A stretch of 64,000 nt of DNA from Malacoraja senta (taxonomy: Eukaryota), in contig JAXLNO010000261.1 of assembly GCA_038087875.1 (NCBI GenBank), positions 1 through 64,000 on the forward strand. Direction: 5' to 3'. A program made the translations under genes and the position numbers. Shown piece by piece: positions 39,535 to 53,752 of this stretch. How positions within the stretch are numbered: position 1 is the stretch's first letter; each line of letters begins with the position of its first letter. Below the pieces are notes generated by a model, which saw only the letters and a list, made by a program, of their open reading frames with translations, did not search any database and had not been told where the DNA came from.

Positions 39535-40427
39535 TTCACTGATGCAGTAGCCAGTTATGTGCTGACTGCCTCAACTGCATTGTGGATGCATTGACTTCAC
39601 CTTCATTCATACCGCAACCGGCCTGGGAATGGAATGCGCTCAAGATGAATATCTAAAATGGAAGCTACTCATTTTCCCAGATTCTTTTCTTAATGTAAAA
39701 TATCGATGCAGGAGACAACTCACAAAAACCACTGCGATTCTGACAATTTAATAAAAGCTTGCTCTTTCAAAATTACCCGATAAAATTCAAAATAGTACAA
39801 AATCTGTGGATCCATCTGCAATGCTGCAAATCAATATTGAATATCAAAATACTGACTTTAGGAATATAAATCATGTGATTAAATCTGTAAGAAGTTGGTT
39901 ATTTCCTGGGCTCATGGAAATATACTGACAAGTTCATGTGGAGAGAAGAATTTGGCAGCAAACCAACCTCATCCTCGATTTTCTATGGGACGGCTGCTCG
40001 GTTGATTTGCCCTGTGCTGCAAGAGAATTTCAAAATAATCTGCCAGTGATTTAATTTAAAAACTTGGTTTCAGTTTCTACATGTTACATATCAAACCCTT
40101 CTCATCTCCTTTTACTTGTTAGATTGTTCTGAGGAATGATATTAAAATATAGAACTCCTATTAAAAATTAAAACATGCGCCATCTTTATAAGCTTAACCA
40201 ATTAACCCATTTCCAACTACAAAATTGGTCACATCCTGTCACTGCTAAGAGCAGAATTGGGCGAGAGGGATACTTGCTTTCATATTCTGAACCAACTCAG
40301 AGTATGTTTTGCATCCCTGATAATTAACTGTATTTTCCTTTATTTTCTTTGCCTCCAGAAAATGGTGCCAGAGTGTGGTGACATTTTGCCAGTAGCTATT
40401 GTGTAAAGATGGAACAAGCAATAATTT

Positions 40428-42681
40428 TTTATTTTTTTTTTAAATTTTTTTTTTTGATTTTTATTTTTTTAAATTTGTATTTTATTAGAAGTACATTACA
40501 TTACAACCACATACATTAGTACTTGTCATTTATATCTTCTTACAATTAATGTACTCCATTTATTTTTTACACTAGAAAAGGAAAAGATTGAAAGAAAGAA
40601 GTGAAGGAAAAAGTGGAAGTGTAGGAAATGTGACAACAAAAAAGGACAAAGACCCTATAAGAGCAAAATTAAAAACAAAAGAAAAAGAGTTAAGAAATAG
40701 ACCCTAGGAAAAAAAGAAAGAGAGAAAGAGGAAAAAGAGAGAAACAAATATTTTTATGAGCATTACGCAAATTGGACATACCAACTCTTCAACTATCATC
40801 CCCCCTTACCTGACCTCAATTTATTTTTTTTTAAGTACTTTTGCACCTTATGTTTGTAATAATTCTATAAATGCAGACCACGTCAGGTGGAAATGATCTG
40901 GTTTACCTGCTAGGAGGAGTCTTATCTCTTCTAGGTGTAATGTTTCAAACATATTTGAAATCCACATATTTATAGTTGGTATTGGAGCCTTCTTCCAAAA
41001 TTTTAGAATTAGCTTTTTTCCAGTTATTAACCCATAGTCCATTAGTTTCTTTTGAAACACATTTAGTTCTGGACCATCTTCCGTTATACCGAAGATAATC
41101 CATTCTGCTTTGGGTATCAGTCTTGTTTTAAATAACTTTGTAAAGATTTCAAAAATTTCATTCCAAAATTTTTGAATTTTTGTACAAGAAACGAATGAGT
41201 GCGTTATAGTAGCTTCTTGGGATTGACATTTATCACAAATAGATGATACATTTGGGGAAATTTTATGAATTTTAGTTTTCGAATAATATAATCTATGTAA
41301 AATTTTAAATTGTATTAAAGTGTGTCTTACATTAATCGAGCATTTATGCACGTTTAATAAGTATTCATTCCAACTTTCCTTTGAAATTTTAATAGCTAAC
41401 TCTTGTTCCCAGTCTCTTCTGATACCCTCCGTAGATGGTATTTGTGCATTTAAGATAATATTATACAAATATGATATTAAGTTTGCTGATTCCGCTTTTA
41501 TCTGCATTGCCTCGTCCAGTACATCTGCTGGGTTATTATGATGATCTTTTGTATATTTTTTCAAATAGTCGCATATTTGAAAATATTTAAAATATTGATT
41601 ATTTCCGAGTTTATATTTTATTTGTAATTGTTGAAATGAAAGTAATTTTCCAGTTTCATACAAGTCACCAAGCGTTTTAATTCCTAATCTATCCCATTGT
41701 GTATAAGCTTTATCTATAATAGAAGGATTAAACGAAGGGTTATTGACTATAGGTAATAAAAGTGATAAATTTCTTAATTTTAAATTGTGTTTTATTTGTT
41801 TCCAAATTCGGATTGTACTATGGATAATTGGGTTCTTATTATAATTTATGTTATTCAATTTCATTGGAGAGAGGAGGATCGCTCCAATGTTTCTAGAGGA
41901 GCAATCCTCTTTCTCCATTACAATCCAGTCCGCTTGCTGGGCGGAGTTATCCATCAGTTGAATCATATTTTTAATATTTACTGACCAATAATAATACATA
42001 AAATTAGGTAGTGCTAAACCCCCTAATACTTTAGGTTTATTCAGATGAGTTTTTTGTATTCTATGTGATTTATAGTCCCATATAAAATTAGTGATATCTG
42101 AGTCGAGTTTTAAAAAAAACTTCTTTGGTAAGTATATAGGAATTGATTGAAATAGGTATAAAATTTGTGGTAAAAAGATCATTTTTATTGCGTTTATTCG
42201 GCCTATTAAAGACATCGGGAGCGTTTTCCAGAATTTAATTAGTGTGTTTAATTTATTAAGTAAGGGGTCAAAATTTGCCCTAAACATACCTTGATATGAT
42301 CTGGTAATTTCGATTCCCAAATATTTAAATTTTTCTGTAGCTATTTTAAAAGGGAATTTTAAAAGATGTGATGAATCTTTCGGTTTTATTGACATAATTT
42401 CACTTTTATTCCAATTTATTCTATATCCAGAAAAAGATCCAAAATCTTCAATTAAATTTAATATATTTGGTATAGTGATTTGAGGTTTTGTAATGTACAG
42501 TAATATATCATCCGCGTATAAAGATATTTTATTATATGAATCTTTAGTATTATATCCATGGATATCAGGGTGTATTCTAATTTTTTCTGCTAGCGGTTCA
42601 ATAATGAGAGCAAACAGTTGTGGTGATAATGAGCATCCTTGTCTATTTCCCCTTGATAGTTGGAATTTCGAGGATAATAAT
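40428..42681 (-). mobile_element. 5'-truncated L1, copy B, same subfamily as copy C
   Basis: Open ORF2 3' part (RQGCSLSP, YADD, through the stop at 40848). PolyA read as the T-run at ~40428-40480. 12-bp TSD aagcaataattt at 40416-40427 and 42682-42693. Confidence 0.95.
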
Positions 42682-42859
42682 AAGCAATAATTTCATTGAT
42701 CCATTTGTACCTGGTACAAATGACAAACATTCTTGACTCTTGCATGTGATACTAATCTAAGGTAGATTACCGATGGGGTTAGGAGTGTACGATTTCTTTC
42801 CCCATAAATAATGTTAGAAGAAACAACACAATTCAGTGTTGTAATTGATCAGCAGGGGA

Positions 42860-43865
42860 TGCAATCTCGCTGGCTCTCCACTCGGTACTGGACCCTTTGG
42901 ACATCAAAAACACGTATGTCAGGCTGTTGTTCACCAACACCGCTTGACATTCAACACTATCATGCCCTCCAAACTTATCATCACCTCAGAGAATTGGGTC
43001 TCTACTTATCCCCAAGTAATTGGATACTCGACAGACCACAATCGGTATAAATTGGCAGCAACACTTCCTCCTCGATAACCATCAATACAGGAGCAACTCA
43101 AGGCTGTGTGCTCAGTCCCCTGCTCCCACTCTACCCCTGATTGTGTAGCCAGGCACTCCAACACCATAGTTACATTTGCTATTAACAACACCTTTTGTTG
43201 GTTGAATAACAGGCAATGATGAGTCAGAGCACAGAGGAGATTGAACATCTGATTGAATGGTGCCAGAACAAAAATCTTGCTCTCAACATCAGCCAGTCCA
43301 AGGAGCTGATTGTTGACATCTGAAAGGGAAAACTACGAATTTATGAACCTGTCTTCATTGACAGGACAGCGATGGAGAGAGTTCCTGGCCATCCATATCT
43401 CTGAAGATCTGTTCTGGGCCCACCATATTGAGACAATCACAAATAAAGCTCATCAATGTTCTACTCTCTTGTAAGATTAAGGAAATTCGGTATGCCGACA
43501 TATACTATCTTGAACTTCTACAGGTCTATGTTAGAGAGCATATTGTGTGGTTGCATCATGGTCTAGTTCAGCAACTCAAAAACCTGGAATACAGGAGGCT
43601 GCAGACACTGCCCTGGCCAAGACCTCATTTCGTTCCTCCCATTAGAAAGAAAGTATCGGATTCTTCTCAGCAACCACTTGGCTCTTGGTTTTTGCACTAT
43701 TGTGGTTACCTAATATTACAGTTCTTCATTTATGTATCGTTGATTATTATATATTTAACCATGTGTTATTGCAATTACGTGTTTGTTAGGCAGCAGCAAG
43801 TAAGAATGTCATTGTTCCATTGCCGGTAAATATGACAATTCAGCACGTATGGCTCTCTTGACTTG
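42860..43865 (+). mobile_element. Decayed LINE RT 3' part, Rex1/Babar-like
   Basis: Translation around 43080-43130 gives INTGATQGCVLSPLL. Later WCQN.NLALN and KELIVD. Short-repeat tail. Confidence 0.65.
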
Positions 43866-44266
43866 ACGATGGGAAAGAACCTACCTTCTCACTTCAGCAG
43901 TCCTTGCCTCCCTTCAGCCATCCAATTTTCCAAGCATTTTGAAACCTGGCTGATCAGGGTTAATTCTCCAAAACAAGTTCAATTAGTTTCAGTAATATAT
44001 GTTAACTGAAACTACCAGGTCAATCTACGTCCTATGACAAGAATGTCTGGCCCTTCCTTGCCTCCTCCATTGAACTCAGAAACGAATAGGTTAGAGTTAA
44101 AAGTAAGTTTTATGGAGTTTCAAAGTCTAGCCATATGATTTTCATGGCTTAAATTATAGTCACCCACGAGATTCATTAGTCTCAAATATTTCTTAAACCT
44201 AAAATTGAACCTTTGTTGGTCTTTGCGTATGGATATTCTTTTCCCTTTACCTATCCACAGTTCTGT

Positions 44267-45675
44267 GTCACTCATAGAGTCATAGAGTGTGGAAACAGGC
44301 CCTTCGGCCCAACTTGCCCACACTGGCCAACATGTCCCAGCTACACTAGTCCCACCTGCCTGCGCTTGGTCCATATCCCTCCAAATCTGTCCTATCCATG
44401 TACCTGTCTAACTGTTTCCTAAACAATGGGATAGTCCCAGCCTCAACTACTTCCTCTGGCAGCTTGTTCCATACACCCACAACCCTTTGTGTGAAAAAGT
44501 TACCCATCGGATTCCTATTAAATCTTTCCCCCTTTACCTTGCACCTATGTCCTCTGGTCCTCGATTCCCCTACTCTGGGCAAGAGACTGTGCATCTACCC
44601 GATCTATTCCTCTCATGATTTTGTACACCTCTATAAGATCACCCCTCATCCTCCTGCGCTCCAAGGAATAGAGACCCAGCCTTATAGCTCACACCCTCTA
44701 GTCCTGGCAACATCCTTGTAAATCTTTTCTGAACCCTTTCAAACTTGACAATATATTTCCTATAACACGGTGCCCAGAACTTAACACAATATTCTAAACG
44801 TGGTCTCATGAATGTCTTATACAACTGCAACTTGACCTCCCAACTTCTATGTTCAATACTCTGAAGCCTTTTTGACCACTTTATCTACTTGTAACTCAAC
44901 CTTTAAGGAACCATGAACCTGCACTCCTAGATCCCTCTGCTCTACAACATTCCCCAGAGGCCTACCATTTACTGTGTAGGTTCTGCCCTTGTTTGACATC
45001 CCAAAATGTGACACCTCACACTTCTTTGCATTAAATTCCAGCAACCATTCCTCAATCCACGGCCAATTGATCCAGATCCTGCTGCAATCATTCACAACCT
45101 TCTTCACTATCTGCCAAACCACTCACTTTGTAATTTCAGCAAACTTGCCAATCTTGCCCTGTATGTTCCAAATCATTGATGTAGATGACAAACAGTAACG
45201 GGCCCAGCACCAAACCCTGAGGCACACCACTAGTCACAGGCCTCCAGTCCGAGAAACAACCTTCCACCATCACCCTCTGCTTCTTTCCATGGAGCCAATT
45301 TGCTATCCATTCAGCGATCTCTCGTTGGATCCTATGCGATCTAACCTTCCAGAGCAGCCTACCATGCAGAACCTTGTCCAATGCCTTACTGAAGTCCATG
45401 TACACAACATCTACAGCTCTGCCCTCATTGACCTTTATAGTCACGTCTTCAAAAAAATCAATCAGATTTGTGAGACACGACCTCCCATGTACAAAACCAT
45501 GGTGACTATCCCTAATCAGCCCTTGCCCATCCAAATGCCTGTATAACCTTTCCCTCAGAATACTTTCTAGTAACTTTCCAAGTACAGATGTTAAGCTTAC
45601 CGACCCAGCATTTTCACTGCAGCCCTTCTTGAAAAGAGGCACAACATTTGCCACCTTCCAGTACCTCTCCTGCAT
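44267..45675 (-). mobile_element. CR1/HER1 LINE, 5'-truncated, decayed
   Basis: ORFs 45136..45675 ([19 protein letters not shown]), 44639..44830 (RPRLEYCV), 44346..44594. (ctatgact)n tail. Confidence 0.9.
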
Positions 45676-46842
45676 TTAAGGACGACTCAACTCGTAAACT
45701 CGTCACTGAGGAAGCATTACATTTTATCTTCCTTGGACTGAAGGTGAATAACATCAAGTCAATTCTCCAGGACACTGGAAACCAATGTAGTGTAATGTGT
45801 AAATGATGATGAGAAGGTGAGCAGACATGGACCATCAAATTTAGAATTATGTGGTTAATAAATAATGGAAGCGGGCAGGTTGGCAAGTATTGATGACTTA
45901 ACTTGAGATTTATGTTGAGGGAGCACTAGAATAAAGAATGCCAGCTTTCTAATCCATGATCATTAACCAGCCATCATGCCAGATTTTGTATTTCAATCAA
46001 GAACAGATGGCGCTTGAGAACCTGATGTGGTAAGACTTCAGAGTGATGCCTCTGAGACTATTTTGCAAGCCTTGCATTAATTTTAATCTCTTTTAAAATC
46101 AAAATTCACATTTTAATTACTTACTGTGAATGTAGTATAAACAGAATTGACGAGGAAGAGCCATGGCACATTATTTGTAGTATTCTGATCAAAGCTTCTT
46201 CATGACTTCTCTGTAGTTGCATGATATCAGGTGGCTAATTTGTGGATGTAATCCCTTATTCCTTCTCATGTATTATTTAAGATTCACTCCACGATAACAC
46301 CTCTTGACGAACTAATCATTTCCAGCAGGAATTAAAGAAAATTCCCAATTAGCAGGTGGAATTTTTCGCTAATGCCTGTGATATAAACACCACCGTGGAA
46401 GATTTGCAGGAGATTAAAGCATTCATGCCTTCACAGTTTCACACAATTAAATACACACAACCAGTAAAATAACCAGGGTGGCAGGATGGTGCAGCGGTAG
46501 AGTTGCTGCCTTATAGCGCTTGCAGCGCCGGAGACCCGGGTTTCGATCCTGACCACGGTGCTGTCTGTGCGGAGTTTGTAAGTTCTCCCTGTGACCGCGT
46601 GGGCTTTCTCCGACAACTTAGCATTTTCCTCCCACAATCCAAAGACGTGACTTCCGGTGGCGTCATGTTAGACTAACAGACGTGCACCCAGCTCCTCTCC
46701 CGAAAAACTTCACGATTTATCGTGTAAAACGGGTCCGAAAATAGGGATTGTTTTTTAAAAACCTTACCGGAGCTTCTGGTTACCGCGCTGATGACGTCAT
46801 CGTTAAACGCGATGTTTTAAACGGTGGTTTGAAGCCCTTTAA

Positions 46843-47913
46843 ATGAGTAAATTGAGTCCAGCTGTGAGCCCTCAGAGAGCTGTGAATAAGCTGTCGAAAA
46901 AGTTTGAAGCAGAAATTACCTCTGAAGTCTCTGAAGTGGCTGCAGAAATGGATACAAGATCTAAGAAAGACTTTGATGACTTGAAGAAATCAATGAAAAA
47001 TTTGAAAGATGAGATCTCGGATAATAGGGTGGAAGATAAGAAGGAAATGAAGGAAAATTCGGCAAAAATGATGGAAGGAATGGAGAAGATGATGAAGGAT
47101 TTAAATGCTGGTAACCAGAAGAATATGACGGATTTACTGGACATTATGAATAAACGAATTGATGAGGTGAAAGATGGACTATCAGAGAAAATGGATAAGA
47201 TGGATGTAATTACTACGGATAAGTTCACGGCTGTACTTGAAACAGTAGCTGCAAGTATGCACACAATTACGGAATTGGAGAAAAATACGGCTCGACTGGT
47301 TGAAGACATGGCGAAATTGAGGCAAGAACATGAGCAAATGAGGCGAGAAAACGAACAAGCATCACTACAAATGGGGACTCAATTAGAGAAAGTCTCAGTC
47401 AAATGCCTGGACCTGGAAGCTCGCTCTAGACGCCAGAATTTGAGAATTCTTGGTGTTTCAGAGGGGGCAGAAGGGGAACAGGTACGTGAATTTGCCATGG
47501 GCTTGTTGAAACAACTGTTGAATCTCTCCAAGGAACTGAAAATCGAAGTGGCTCATCGTGTCCCAAGATTTGGAAAAAGATCTGATGCGGGAAAAGCTTA
47601 TCCACGACATATTATAGTGACATTTCGAGATACTGCAAAACTGGAATATGTTATGAGTAAAATCAAATATGGTGTAGAATTGCGGCTGGACAAGGACACT
47701 ATTAAGATATTCAGGGACTACCCACATGAAATTGTGCAAAAAAGAAACAAATTTGATAAGGTTAAAGATCTTTTAAGAGGGAGAGAAGGGGTCAGATTTG
47801 GGGTTTTTTATCCCGCGAAAATGCGTATTTCCTTTAATGGTCTTGAAAAGTCATTTGTTAAGCCTGAATACGCATTCAAATATGCCCAAACGATTGTTGA
47901 AAAACAGAAATAA
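46843..47913 (+). CDS. L1 ORF1p, intact, 356 aa
   Basis: Coiled coil, DLEARSRRQNLRI, AHRVPR, IFRDY, FYPAKMRI. Confidence 0.93.
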   Translation: MSKLSPAVSPQRAVNKLSKKFEAEITSEVSEVAAEMDTRSKKDFDDLKKSMKNLKDEISDNRVEDKKEMKENSAKMMEGMEKMMKDLNAGNQKNMTDLLDIMNKRIDEVKDGLSEKMDKMDVITTDKFTAVLETVAASMHTITELEKNTARLVEDMAKLRQEHEQMRRENEQASLQMGTQLEKVSVKCLDLEARSRRQNLRILGVSEGAEGEQVREFAMGLLKQLLNLSKELKIEVAHRVPRFGKRSDAGKAYPRHIIVTFRDTAKLEYVMSKIKYGVELRLDKDTIKIFRDYPHEIVQKRNKFDKVKDLLRGREGVRFGVFYPAKMRISFNGLEKSFVKPEYAFKYAQTIVEKQK

Positions 47914-48431
47914 AAGGGAGCTTTGGCAGATCCGAATAATTCTCAGCTATGTTTTGTCTGGGGATAGTTACACTGTTATCTCTGGAATGTTGAATCAAGG
48001 ACATTTTCTGTTCAAAACGTGTAAACAAATTTACAGCTGGAATATGAATCAGAAAATAATTGCTTATTGATTAAAATGTTATAACCAATTGTAAGAACTT
48101 ATCCTATTAACAACTTTAAAAGTTATGCAGGTTAGATTAGAATACTAACAAAAAAAACAAAAAAATAATGAACTAACATACTAATATGAATTTTTAATAA
48201 ATTGTAACCTTGTCTATAAGCGGGAGGAGGGGATGAGAAACGAGCTCCTGGCTTATGTCCAGGAGCACGTCTCGTTAACCCCTTCAACCAACAGTTGATT
48301 CTTATTGAAATCAAAAATATTGGTTTAATAATTAAACTCTGATATATATATATGTTATAAGGAAATATCGTTTTAATATTTTAATATGTTATGATTAACT
48401 AAGAGAGCGGAGCTAGTTGAGTAACAACGCA

Positions 48432-48692
48432 ATGGAAGTCAAAACAAGGTTTTTTCCCACCTACAGGTGGGTCACTCGCTACAGTGCCGATTATATCAGA
48501 CACTGTAGCCTCACTTTTTTAGTTTTTTTTTTATCACATAAAATCACTTGTTTGTGTTTTGTGTTTAGTGATAAGAGTAATATGGACATACCAGCAAAAG
48601 TTAATAATTCAAAAACTCCCCCAATACCTAAAGACCTGGGACATGGACGCACCACAAGATTCAAAGGTACTATAATTATTCAAAATGCATGA
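48432..48692 (+). CDS. Putative 86-aa inter-ORF ORF of L1 copy C, overlapping the ORF2 start
   Basis: GCAATGG start. Ends in ATGCATGA: ORF2 ATG at 48685, stop TGA at 48690-48692. Homologous to 3625-3900. Confidence 0.45.
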   Translation: MEVKTRFFPTYRWVTRYSADYIRHCSLTFLVFFLSHKITCLCFVFSDKSNMDIPAKVNNSKTPPIPKDLGHGRTTRFKGTIIIQNA

Positions 48693-51600
48693 CACCACAC
48701 AAAAGAACCTAGGAGGAATCTCATTTTGTAGTTGGAATATAAGAGGTATTAACGAACCTATCAAAAGGGGTAAGATATTAGCTCAGCTAAAAATGTATAA
48801 TTCTGACATTACCTTCCTACAAGAAACACACCTAAAACCTCAGGACCAAGTTAGGCTGAGGGCGAAATGGATAGGTCAAACATACCACTCTTCATTCACT
48901 TCAAAATCTAGAGGCACGTCAATTATCATAAGAAAAGGTATACCATTTAAAGCAAAGAATATTATAACAGATATAGAAGGGAGATACCTAATAGTTAATG
49001 GAGAAATCCATGACACTCCACTTACTTTGGTAAATATATATGCCCCTAACTTTGATAACCCCCACTTTTTCAATAAAATCTTCAATATAATTGCAGAGTC
49101 AAACTATCAAAATGTTATAATAGGCGGAGACTTTAACTGTGTTTTAGATCCGTACTTAGATAAATCAAGTCAAAAACAGAGAGGGAATATGAAATCGAAA
49201 ACTGGGGAACTCCTCAATACCTATATAAATAACACTAATATAGCAGATGTTTGGAGAATTGTGAATCCAACTGGCAGGGAATATTCGTTTTACTCAATGG
49301 TACATAAGACATACTCACGTATAGACTACTTTCTGCTGGATACAAAATTAATCCCCCAAACATCTAATGCAATATACCATACAAATTCAATTTCAGACCA
49401 TTCTCCGCTAACTTTCTTTTTAAAACTGGAAGGATTGTCTAAGAATAATTCATTCTGGAGATTTAACTCTCAAATTTTAAAAGATCCACAAGCGAGTATA
49501 TATTTAAAAGAACAAATGGAGGTCTTTTTTCAAACAAATGATACTTCAGATATATCGCCTACTTTACTTTGGGAATCTTTTAAAGCATATATTAGGGGTA
49601 TTATAATTTCATATCAAGCTTTTCAAAATAAAAAGAATAAGAATGAACAAAGACAGTTAGAAGAACTTATTAGACAAATGGATATAGATAATGCTAAAGA
49701 TCCATCAATAGATAAACATAATAAAATAATAATTTTAAAATTTAAATTAAATAAATTATTATCTGCCAAACTTATAAGACTTTTTCAAATTACAAAACAA
49801 GAGCACTTTGAATTTGGGGATAAACCGCATAAACTTTTGGCTCGCCAGCTAAAAAAACGAGAAAAGGAACATACTATACCAAAGATCAAATCAGATAAAG
49901 GGGAATTATTAACAACACCGAAGGATATTAATAAATTTTACGAGAATTTGTATACATCTAAAACGATAATTGATTCCAATAATATCACAAAGTTCTTGGA
50001 TACCTGTAATTTTCCAAAGTTAGAGATGAAGGAACAAGAGGAACTGGGTGCACAAATCTCAATTAAGGAATTAGAAGATACAATAAACTCATTAAAAAAT
50101 GGAAAAACACCAGGCCCTGATGGATTTACTAATGAATTTTATAAAAGCTTTTATGATAAAATAATACCAAGATTACAAAAAATGTACCAATACGCTTTTA
50201 AAAAACGAATACTACCTGATACATTAGCGGAATCAACGATTACATTAATACCTAAGAAAAATAAAGATTTAGAAGAACCTGGCTCATATAGAGCTATAGC
50301 ATTGTTAAACACAGATCAAAAAATATTAGCGAAAACATTAGCTAGAAGATTAAGTAAATACATTAGTAAATTAATAAACCCAGATCAGACAGGGTTTATT
50401 CCTAAGAGATACTCTTCTAATAATATGAGACGTCTACTCAACATAATGCACTCACACAAATCTGAAGATCAAGAATTATCAATTATTTCGCTGGATGCTG
50501 AAAAAGCATTTGATCAAGTAGAATGGAATTATATGGATAAAGTATTACAAAAATTTCAACTGGGAGAGAATTTTATTTTATGGATTAAGTTACTATATAA
50601 CAAACCTACAGCTAGAATACTTACTAATAACATATTATCCTCGAAATTTCTACTATCAAGGGGAAATAGACAAGGATGCTCATTATCACCACAGCTGTTT
50701 GCTCTCATTATTGAACCGCTAGCAGAAAAAATTAGAATACACCCTGATATTCATGGATATAATACTAAAGACTCATATAATAAAATATCTTTATACGCGG
50801 ATGATATATTATTGTATATTACAAAACCTCAAATCACTATACCAAATATATTAAATTTAATTGAAGACCGGATCTTTTTCTGGATATAGAATAAATTGGA
50901 ATAAAAGTGAAATTATGTCAATAAAACCGAAAGATTCAACACATCTTTTAAAATTCCCTTTTAAAATAGCTACAGAAAAATTTAAATATTTGGGAATCGA
51001 AATTACCAGAACATATCAAGGTATGTTCAGGGCAAATTTTGACCCCCTACTTAATAAACTGAATACATTAATTAAATTCTGGAAAACGCTCCCGATGTCT
51101 TTAATAGGCCGAATAAACGCAATAAAAATGATCTTTTTACCACAAATTTTATACCTATTTCAATCAATTCCTATATACTTACCTAAGAAGTTTTTTAAAA
51201 AACTCGACTCAGATATCACTAATTTTATATGGGACTATAAATCACATAGAATACAAAAAACCCATCTGAATAAACCTAAAGTATTGGGGGGTCTAGCACT
51301 ACCTAATTTTATGTATTATTATTGGTCAGTAAATATTAAAAACATGATTCAACTGATGGAGAACTCCGCCCAGCAAGTAGACTGGATTGTAATGGAGAAA
51401 GAGGATTGCTCCTCTAGAAACATTGGAGCGATCCTCCTCTCTCCAATGAAATTGAATAACATAAACTATAATAAGAACCCAATTATTCATAGTACAATCC
51501 GTATTTGGAAACAAATAAAACAAAATTTAAAATTAAGAAACTTATCACTTTTATTACCTATAGTCAATAACCCTTCGTTTAGTCCTTCTATTATAGATAA

Positions 51601-52462
51601 AGCTTATACACAATGGGATAGACTAGGAATTAAAACGCTTGGTGACTTGTATGAAACTGGAAAATTACTTTCATTTCAACAATTACAAATAAAATATAAA
51701 CTCGGAAATAATCAATATTTTAAATACTTTCAAATATGCGACTATTTGAAAAAATATACAAAAGATCATCATAATAACCCAGCAGATGTACTGGACGAGG
51801 CAATGCAGATAAAAGCGGAATCAGCAAACTTAATATCATATTTGTATAATATTATCTTAAATGCACAAATACCATCTACGGAGGGTATCAGAAGAGACTG
51901 GGAACAAGAGTTAGCTATTAAAATTTCAAAGGAAAGTTGGAATGAATACTTATTAAAAGTGCATAAATGCTCGATTAATGTAAGACACACTTTAATACAA
52001 TTTAAAATTTTACATAGATTATATTATTCGAAAACTAAAATTCATAAAATTTTCCCAAACGTATCATCTATTTGTGATAAATGTCAATCCCAAGAAGCAA
52101 CTATAGCGCACTCATTTGTCTTCTGTACAAAAATTCAAAAATTTTGGAATGAAATTTTTGAAATCTTTACAAAGTTATTTAAAACAAGACTGATACCCAA
52201 AGCAGAATGGATTATCTTCGGAATAACAGAAGATGATCCAGAATTAAATGTGTTTCAAAAGAAATTAATGGACTATGGGTTAATAACTGGAAAAAAGCTA
52301 ATTCTAAAATTTTGGAAGAAGGCTCCTATACCAACTATAAATATGTGGATTTCAAATATGTTTGAAACATTACACCTTGAAGAGATAAGACTCCTCCTAG
52401 CAGGTAAACCAGATCACTTCCACCTGACGTGGTCTGCATTTATAGAATTATTACAAACATAG
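48685..52462 (+). pseudogene. L1 ORF2p (EN+RT), single 2-nt deletion at ~50868
   Basis: ORFs 48685..50889 and 50861..52462. 'gaagaccggatct' versus 'gaagattttggatct' in copy B. Also lacks four codons (RFAQ) present in copy A. Confidence 0.95.
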
Positions 52463-53411
52463 GGTGCAAAAGTACTTTAAAAAAAATAAAAAATTGAGGT
52501 CAGGTAAGGGGGGGTGATAGTTGAAGAGTTGGTATGTCCTATTCACGTGATGCTCAAAAAAAAAAACACATTTGTTTCTCTTTTTTTCTCTTTCTCTTTT
52601 CTTTTCTTAGGGCCTATTTCTTAACTCTTTTTCTTTTTGTTTTTAATTTCGCTCTTATAGGGTCTTCGTCCTTTTTTGTTGTTACATTTTCTACACTTTT
52701 CTACACTTGCACTTTTTCCTTCACTTTCTTCTCTTTTTCAATCTTTTCTTTTTCTAGTGTAAAAAAATAAATAAAGGGAGTACATTAATTGTAAGAAGAT
52801 ATAAATGACGAGTATTAATGTATGTGGTTGTAATGTAATGTACTTCTAATAAATAAAAATTAAAAAAATAAAAAATAAAAAAAACAATCCAAAGACGTGC
52901 AGGTATGCAGGTTAATTGGCTTGGTGTATGAGTAGATTGTCCCGAGTGTGTGTAGCATAGTGTTAATGAGTGTGGGGGATCATTGATCAGCGCGGACTGG
53001 GTGGGCCGCACTGTATCTCTAAACTATAAAATACTAAAAAAAAAATCCACTGAGGAATGCATATTTGATGCATAGTTTGCCAGTGCATGTCTTATGCATC
53101 AGCACAATGTTGCAAAAATCTTCCATACAAAAGGCCAGAGGTTTGGACATAACCGTGCCGGCCTGTTCTGACTATCAGTACCCAGATTGCACAGACAATC
53201 AATGAGAGAAGGACCACAAGAAGATTATTTGCAGCAGGAAGGGCTGGGAAAGAAGGAAAGATTGGTTCATGTGTGGGTTTGGACACCGATAGTAGGAGGA
53301 ATTATAATTTGCTGATGTGAGTGAACAGAAGGGTGGGAGACCATGTCACAATCACTAGCATAGACATTCAAGTTTGAGAGATAGTGGTCAGCACTCAGGA
53401 GAGGAATAGAT

Positions 53412-53752
53412 CAGGTCGATGCACAGAGTCTCTTACCCAGAGTAGGTGAATCGAGGACCAGATAACATAGGTTTAAGGTGAAAGGGAAAATATTTAATAG
53501 GAATCGGTGGGGTAATTTTTTCATACAAAGGGTGATGGGTGTATGGAACACACTGCCAGAGGAGGTAGTTGAGGCAGGGACTATCCCAACATTTATGAAA
53601 CAGTTAGACAGGTACATGGATAGGACAGGTTTGGAGGGATATGGACCAAACACAGGCAGGTGGGACTAGCGGAGTTGGGACATGTTGGCTAGTGTGGGCA
53701 AGTTGAGCCGAATGGGCCTGTTTCCACACGGTATCACTCTATGACTCTATGA
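53412..53752 (+). mobile_element. CR1/HER1 3' end
   Basis: ORF 53478..53669 (FFIQRVMGVWNTLPEEVVEA); (ctatgact)n tail. Confidence 0.85.

Larger units (their letters stand above)
46650..52883 (+). mobile_element. Full-length young L1, copy C
   Basis: Perfect 16-bp TSD acaatccaaagacgtg (46634-46649, 52884-52899). 5'UTR, intact ORF1, ~770 bp spacer, ORF2, 3'UTR, polyA. Confidence 0.97.
46476..53026 (+). mobile_element. SINE (46476-46649 plus 52884-53026) split by L1 copy C
   Basis: SINE head and core up to 'cccacaatccaaagacgtg', resuming after the L1 polyA. Confidence 0.85.
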
